A stretch of DNA of 64,000 nucleotides, from the IMG/VR virus record IMGVR_UViG_3300033066_001786, positions 1 through 64,000 of that record; one strand, given 5' to 3'. The notes below the pieces were generated by a model. It had not been told where the DNA came from. It did not search any database and worked only from the letters and a program-made list of their open reading frames with translations. The translations under genes and the position numbers were made by a program. Each line of letters starts with the position of its first letter. The stretch's first letter is position 1. This document shows positions 59,567 to 64,000 of this stretch, piece after piece. Origin of the DNA: a virus. Lineage: Duplodnaviria > Caudoviricetes.

Positions 59567-60096
59567 TAAGCCAAAAATACGCAGGTAGTTTTAAAACTAG
59601 TAGCTTATATCCGCCATTTGAGGAAATTGCAAATATATTTGGTGAATTTTTATTTTATTACAGCCAATACAAAAACGAATTCGCTCAAGACATCAATAGT
59701 ATTGCAGACTTACTGTTATTTGCTCAGAATATTGAAAAATACAAAACAGTAGGAAAGTTAAAACACGGTTTTGTCCCATATCCGAATATATGGTATCTAC
59801 AAGAGGAATTACGTGCTGGTCTGCCAGCATATGTAGATATGAGATTTAACGATTTTGTTATTGAAATAAATAATTTGTTAGGTAAATCTCATTTAAATGA
59901 TCAACGTATAACTAATCAACAAGTTGAAATTCAACGTCTTAAGGTTCAACTTGAAGATAGTGATAGAAAAATGGAAGAATTACAAAACCAGATAAATAGC
60001 ATTGTAAGCAACAACGATAGGTTGCATACTTTTCAAAAACGAGTAAGGAGAACAGCAATTAAACGTTCGCATCCTCCTATAAAAAATAAAACATGA
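59563..60096 (+). CDS. Hypothetical protein with C-terminal coiled coil
   Basis: 177-aa ORF. Confidence 0.6.
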   Translation: MISQKYAGSFKTSSLYPPFEEIANIFGEFLFYYSQYKNEFAQDINSIADLLLFAQNIEKYKTVGKLKHGFVPYPNIWYLQEELRAGLPAYVDMRFNDFVIEINNLLGKSHLNDQRITNQQVEIQRLKVQLEDSDRKMEELQNQINSIVSNNDRLHTFQKRVRRTAIKRSHPPIKNKT

Positions 60097-60106
60097 GGAA
60101 ATATAA

Positions 60107-60802
60107 ATGTCATTTAATAAAACAAAAACTGACCCAGAGTTAGGAAGAAAAGTTCACGCACATTTAAGATCTTTGGGATTAGAAACCCCAGTAATAGACA
60201 GCAAATTAAATGTTGATGCAAAAGATAAAATCGAAAGCATCGAGAAACATATGACTAAAATTTTAGAAACTATGGGTATGGATTTATCCGACGATTCGTT
60301 AATCGAAACACCTAAGCGTGTTGCAAAGATGATGGTGTTAGAACAAGGGTGGGGATTAAAACCTGAGAATTTCCCGAAATGTACTGTAGTTGATAATAAA
60401 ATGAACTACGACGAGATGGTAGTCGAGAAGTGCTCAGTAAACTCAATCTGCGAACATCATTGGATTTTCTTCGGTTCCATACATAGTCCGGAATTGGGCG
60501 CGTGGATAGCGTATATCCCTAAGAAAAAAGTAGTAGGATTAAGTAAGCTAGGTAGGGTCATGGAGTATTTCTCTGCAAGGCCGCAAATACAAGAAAGACT
60601 TACTCAGCAAGTATTAGAAACTTTAAAATTTATTTTAGAAACAGAAGATGTTGCCGTTGTTATAAAAGCCCAGCATTTTTGTGTTCTTACTCGCGGAGTT
60701 GAAGACGCACAAGCAAACACTATTACAAGTGCGTTATCGGGCTCGTTTAAAACAGATTTACAAACTAGGTCAGAGTTTATGGCCCACATACGGAAAGGCT
60801 AA
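60107..60802 (+). CDS. folE: GTP cyclohydrolase I
   Basis: GLETP, DDSL.ETP.RVAKM, S.CEHH, GLSKL.R, RPQ.QERLT, H.CV..RGV. Confidence 0.95.
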   Translation: MSFNKTKTDPELGRKVHAHLRSLGLETPVIDSKLNVDAKDKIESIEKHMTKILETMGMDLSDDSLIETPKRVAKMMVLEQGWGLKPENFPKCTVVDNKMNYDEMVVEKCSVNSICEHHWIFFGSIHSPELGAWIAYIPKKKVVGLSKLGRVMEYFSARPQIQERLTQQVLETLKFILETEDVAVVIKAQHFCVLTRGVEDAQANTITSALSGSFKTDLQTRSEFMAHIRKG

Positions 60803-61986
60803 TGTTTTTCGGTATACTTACACTTTTAACATCGTTGCTGTTAGCTCTGGTATCGGGTTGGTTCTCGATAGCAGGGCTGATGGCTATCTTCTCCGGTATA
60901 AAAGTTGCAGGTCTTGCAGCAGGTGTAGTGTGCGAAATTGGTAAGTTAGCAGGTGTAAGTTGGCTGTACCGCACATGGTCTGATAAAGTTTGGTTTAGAT
61001 ACCCATTACTTCTTGTTACTATTGTGGCAATGTTTGTTACTAGCTTCGGTGTTTTCGGGTATCTATCTAAAGCACACAATGACCAAGGTGCACCAGTTGC
61101 TAATAGTTACGCTATGATTAAAAACATAGACGAAAAGATAAACCGAGAAAAATCTAAAATAATCGATTATCAGCGAAATCTAGATATATTAGATCAACAG
61201 TTGCAAGTGTTAATCGAATCTAAGAAAGTAAACGATACAGGTAAAAAGAAAGGCGTACTATCTGTTAAACAAGATCAACAAAACGAAAGAGATCAGTTAT
61301 CTGCCAGTATTAAACAATCTAGAGAAATAACTGATTCGCTCGAAAATGAGAAATTAAAAATCAGCCAAACTATACGTGATTTTGAAATAGACGTAGGTCC
61401 AGTTTTATATATTGCTCAGCTTTTTTATGACAACCCAAAAGATAATTTAGAAAAAGCAGTTAAGATAGTAGTGTTGTTAATAGTAATAACATTAGACCCT
61501 ATGGCAATATTACTACTTATGGGTGCAAATCATATATTCCTTCGAAGGAATGCAAATCTTGTGCAAAATACTACCGAAATAGTAGAAGAAAATAGCAAAA
61601 AAACAGAAGAAGATTTACATTCTCAAATCAGCGAAGAAGAGTTAAACGAATCTGCCATTGCATCGTCGTTGAGTATCGAAGAACAATTTCTTGCAGATGC
61701 AGAGTTAGGCAATGAAGTAATAGCAGATTCTTTTGATTATAATATTGCCGTAAAACCGTATACTAGAGATATTAGTGATTTGGAAGGGTTATGGGCAGTC
61801 GATCAAAAAACTGACGAAAAAATAATAGCCGAAAATAAAGAGCAAGAACCTATTCAGATAAATACACATACTAGTAGATATGGTTCTCAAAGAAACCACG
61901 ACGAAAAGATTGCAGAGGCCCGGCAGAAAATAAGCCAGAGCCCTAAAAATTGGATAAATAGTTTAACAAGACCCAACAATGAGTAA
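60802..61986 (+). CDS. Membrane protein with coiled coil
   Basis: Three N-terminal TM segments, E.GK, FGYLSKAH, VGP..YIA, DP.A..LL. Confidence 0.65.
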   Translation: MFFGILTLLTSLLLALVSGWFSIAGLMAIFSGIKVAGLAAGVVCEIGKLAGVSWLYRTWSDKVWFRYPLLLVTIVAMFVTSFGVFGYLSKAHNDQGAPVANSYAMIKNIDEKINREKSKIIDYQRNLDILDQQLQVLIESKKVNDTGKKKGVLSVKQDQQNERDQLSASIKQSREITDSLENEKLKISQTIRDFEIDVGPVLYIAQLFYDNPKDNLEKAVKIVVLLIVITLDPMAILLLMGANHIFLRRNANLVQNTTEIVEENSKKTEEDLHSQISEEELNESAIASSLSIEEQFLADAELGNEVIADSFDYNIAVKPYTRDISDLEGLWAVDQKTDEKIIAENKEQEPIQINTHTSRYGSQRNHDEKIAEARQKISQSPKNWINSLTRPNNE

Positions 61987-61991
61987 CTTGC

Positions 61992-63209
61992 ATGGCTGCA
62001 CCTATAACTTGCACATTTTGTTCTAAAGGTAAAAAAGAAGTAAAAAAATTATTTGCAGGTCCTACTCTAAATAAGGTAAAGATATATATCTGCAACGAAT
62101 GTATAAATTCAGCATATCAATGTGTAAATGAAATAAAACCCAAAGAAAAAAGTACAGATATTGGCGAAATAACACCCGAAACAATAAAAGCCCACTTAGA
62201 TGAATATGTGATAGGCCAGGAATCTGCAAAAAAAGTATTAAGTGTTGCAGTGTATAATCATTATAAAAGAATAAATAACCCTTCGTATAACGGGGTAGAG
62301 TTAGATAAATCAAATATTATAATGGTTGGCCCAAGTGGCACTGGAAAGACTTTATTAGTATCGACCATAGCAAAGATTTTAAACTTACCGTACGTTGTTG
62401 TAAATTCTACTTCCCTTACTGAATCGGGTTACTCCGGTAAAGATGTAGAATCTATATTTGAAAGATTATATATTTCGGCAGGTAGCGATTTAGAATTAGC
62501 ACAAAAAGGTATAGTCTTTATAGACGAGATTGACAAGAAAAGTAAGAAAGTTGTGCATGGTTCTGATTCTAGGGATGTATCCGGCGAAGGTGTACAACAA
62601 GCATTGTTACGTTTAGTCGAAGGAGAATTAGTACAAATTGAACATTCCGAATCTATGTTCGAGAATGATACTATTGATTTTAATACTAAAGATGTTTTGT
62701 TTATCGCGAGCGGGGCATTTATAGGCATAGATGAAATCATACAAAAAAGAGTACACACTGGAAATTCGATAGGTTTTGGTTCGAATTTAAAAAGTAATAA
62801 GATGTTAAATGTGTTAGAATACATCGATGCAGAAGATTTACACGAATACGGAATGATTCGAGAATTCGTAGGAAGATTTCCAATCATTGCCCCGTTGCAT
62901 GATCTAGATGTGAATTTATTATCTCAAGTTTTAACTGAAACTAAAAATTGTCTAACATTACAGTATGCGAGTTTGTTCTCGATGGACGGTGTTGATTTGA
63001 CATTTGATAAGGATTTTATTGGTAGCGTATCGCGGCAATGTATATCTAAAAAAGTAGGCGCAAGGGGTTTAAGATCTATAATGGAAAAAGTGTTACAACC
63101 TGTACAATATGAGTTACCATCCCTGAAAAAGAAAGGCATTAAAAAAATACATATAAATTCAACCGGCGAAGCAATTTGCCAAAATCAAGTAAAGGAAAAT
63201 AAGAAGTGA
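61992..63209 (+). CDS. clpX: ATP-dependent Clp protease ATPase subunit ClpX
   Basis: CTFC...CNEC Zn domain, VIGQ..AK..L.VAVYNHYKR, GPSGTGKT, IDEIDK, RDVSGEGVQQALL, IGF loop, GARGLR. Confidence 0.95.
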   Translation: MAAPITCTFCSKGKKEVKKLFAGPTLNKVKIYICNECINSAYQCVNEIKPKEKSTDIGEITPETIKAHLDEYVIGQESAKKVLSVAVYNHYKRINNPSYNGVELDKSNIIMVGPSGTGKTLLVSTIAKILNLPYVVVNSTSLTESGYSGKDVESIFERLYISAGSDLELAQKGIVFIDEIDKKSKKVVHGSDSRDVSGEGVQQALLRLVEGELVQIEHSESMFENDTIDFNTKDVLFIASGAFIGIDEIIQKRVHTGNSIGFGSNLKSNKMLNVLEYIDAEDLHEYGMIREFVGRFPIIAPLHDLDVNLLSQVLTETKNCLTLQYASLFSMDGVDLTFDKDFIGSVSRQCISKKVGARGLRSIMEKVLQPVQYELPSLKKKGIKKIHINSTGEAICQNQVKENKK

Positions 63210-63451
63210 GTAGCGAATTTAGAAAAATGCCAGTTAGAATTTCTGGTTTAGCAGTTGAAGTAAAAAACGGTAACGTTGATAAAGCTTTGCGTTTGCTAAG
63301 TAAAAAAGTTCAAAGTTCGGGTATTTTACGCGAATACAGAGAAAGACAAGAATACGAAAAGCCCTCGGTTAAAAAAAGAAAAGCAAAAAAAGCTGCAATT
63401 AAAAAGTATGCAAAAATGCTCGAGGAAGCAAAGAATCCTACTTACGATTAA
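63206..63451 (+). CDS. rpsU: 30S ribosomal protein bS21
   Basis: V.VK..NVDKALR...KKV...G.L.E.R.R..YEKPS.K.R. Confidence 0.9.
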   Translation: MSSEFRKMPVRISGLAVEVKNGNVDKALRLLSKKVQSSGILREYRERQEYEKPSVKKRKAKKAAIKKYAKMLEEAKNPTYD

Positions 63452-63523
63452 AACTTACTTGTTATTTTATGCAAAAAAACAATAAATACTATACGGTATA
63501 TTGTTTTTGCATAAAGACAAGGG

Positions 63524-63961
63524 GTGTTAGTGAGAAGAATGCTATCTTTAAATACCAAAAAAGGTATCATATCTGTAGTTACAGTATTCGTGACTGTGAT
63601 CATTCCTACCCTTTTTTTAAAGGTTCCTATGCCTGCTACCCAGAAAGATATACAAGTAGTGGAAGATAAACATGCAAAGTTATCTAAAAGGGTAGACGAA
63701 TTAAACGGCGACACTGCAAGAATATACATGATAGAAAAAGACGGTCTTACGAGACTTAGGGATTTCTATGTTGCCCAAAAAATAACAACCACAAAAGCCA
63801 TGGATAAAATTGTAAAATCTGGTGCAGATTTACCAGACGTATATCCAACTGAACTTTCCAGGATAGATAAAAATATAAAAGAAATAGATGATACTATAGT
63901 ATTTATTAATACTAATATCGAAAATATTACAATAAAGAAATTTGAAGAAAAAGATAAATAA
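63524..63961 (+). CDS. Hypothetical protein with N-terminal TM segment and coiled coil
   Basis: GIISVVTVFVTVIIPTLFL; start may be ATG 63539. Confidence 0.6.
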   Translation: MLVRRMLSLNTKKGIISVVTVFVTVIIPTLFLKVPMPATQKDIQVVEDKHAKLSKRVDELNGDTARIYMIEKDGLTRLRDFYVAQKITTTKAMDKIVKSGADLPDVYPTELSRIDKNIKEIDDTIVFINTNIENITIKKFEEKDK

Positions 63962-63962
63962 A

Positions 63963-63994
63963 TTTAAGTATTCCCAATGGCGGGAATACTTAAA
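63963..63994. other. 13-bp perfect stem-loop
   Basis: TTTAAGTATTCCC-AATGGC-GGGAATACTTAAA. Confidence 0.7.
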
Positions 63995-64000
63995 CTGGCA

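Noticed and set aside
1-64000. Alternative genetic code, tRNAs, and the many short minus-strand ORFs in the track
   Set aside because: Genes are full length under code 11 and use all three stop codons; no cloverleaf was seen in the short intergenic gaps; the minus-strand ORFs lie opposite well-supported genes.

Overview
This window is an AT-rich, gene-dense segment of a large (jumbo-type) tailed dsDNA phage with a contractile tail and a distantly T4-related core. The gene order resembles Rak2/GAP32/Atu_ph07-like jumbo phages; that assignment is an inference. It uses the standard genetic code and is almost entirely on the + strand. From left to right it holds: a truncated minus-strand fibre gene; a polyamine cluster (SpeD-like decarboxylase, ornithine decarboxylase, and a Rieske oxygenase resembling putrescine 2-hydroxylase); small probable capsid-packaged proteins; two fibre genes; neck, dNMP kinase, sheath, tube and head-completion genes; a terminase large subunit fractured by an atypically split intein around a free-standing Vsr-like homing endonuclease; a 1228-aa modular head-core protein; an endolysin/spanin cassette (implying a Gram-negative host); a T4-like replication/recombination block (gp32, UvsX, UvsY, UvsW, Hef-like endonuclease, gp62-like, a 197-aa miniature DnaE, primase, gp41); more head-associated proteins; then nrdAB, thyA, folE, clpX and ribosomal protein bS21. 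A GATAAATA motif, similar to the T4 late promoter, precedes many genes. I saw no tRNA, rRNA or CRISPR array. The strongest candidate for an undescribed system is a late-expressed phage pathway from ornithine to putrescine to 2-hydroxyputrescine. All family assignments come from motif recognition by eye, not database searches.
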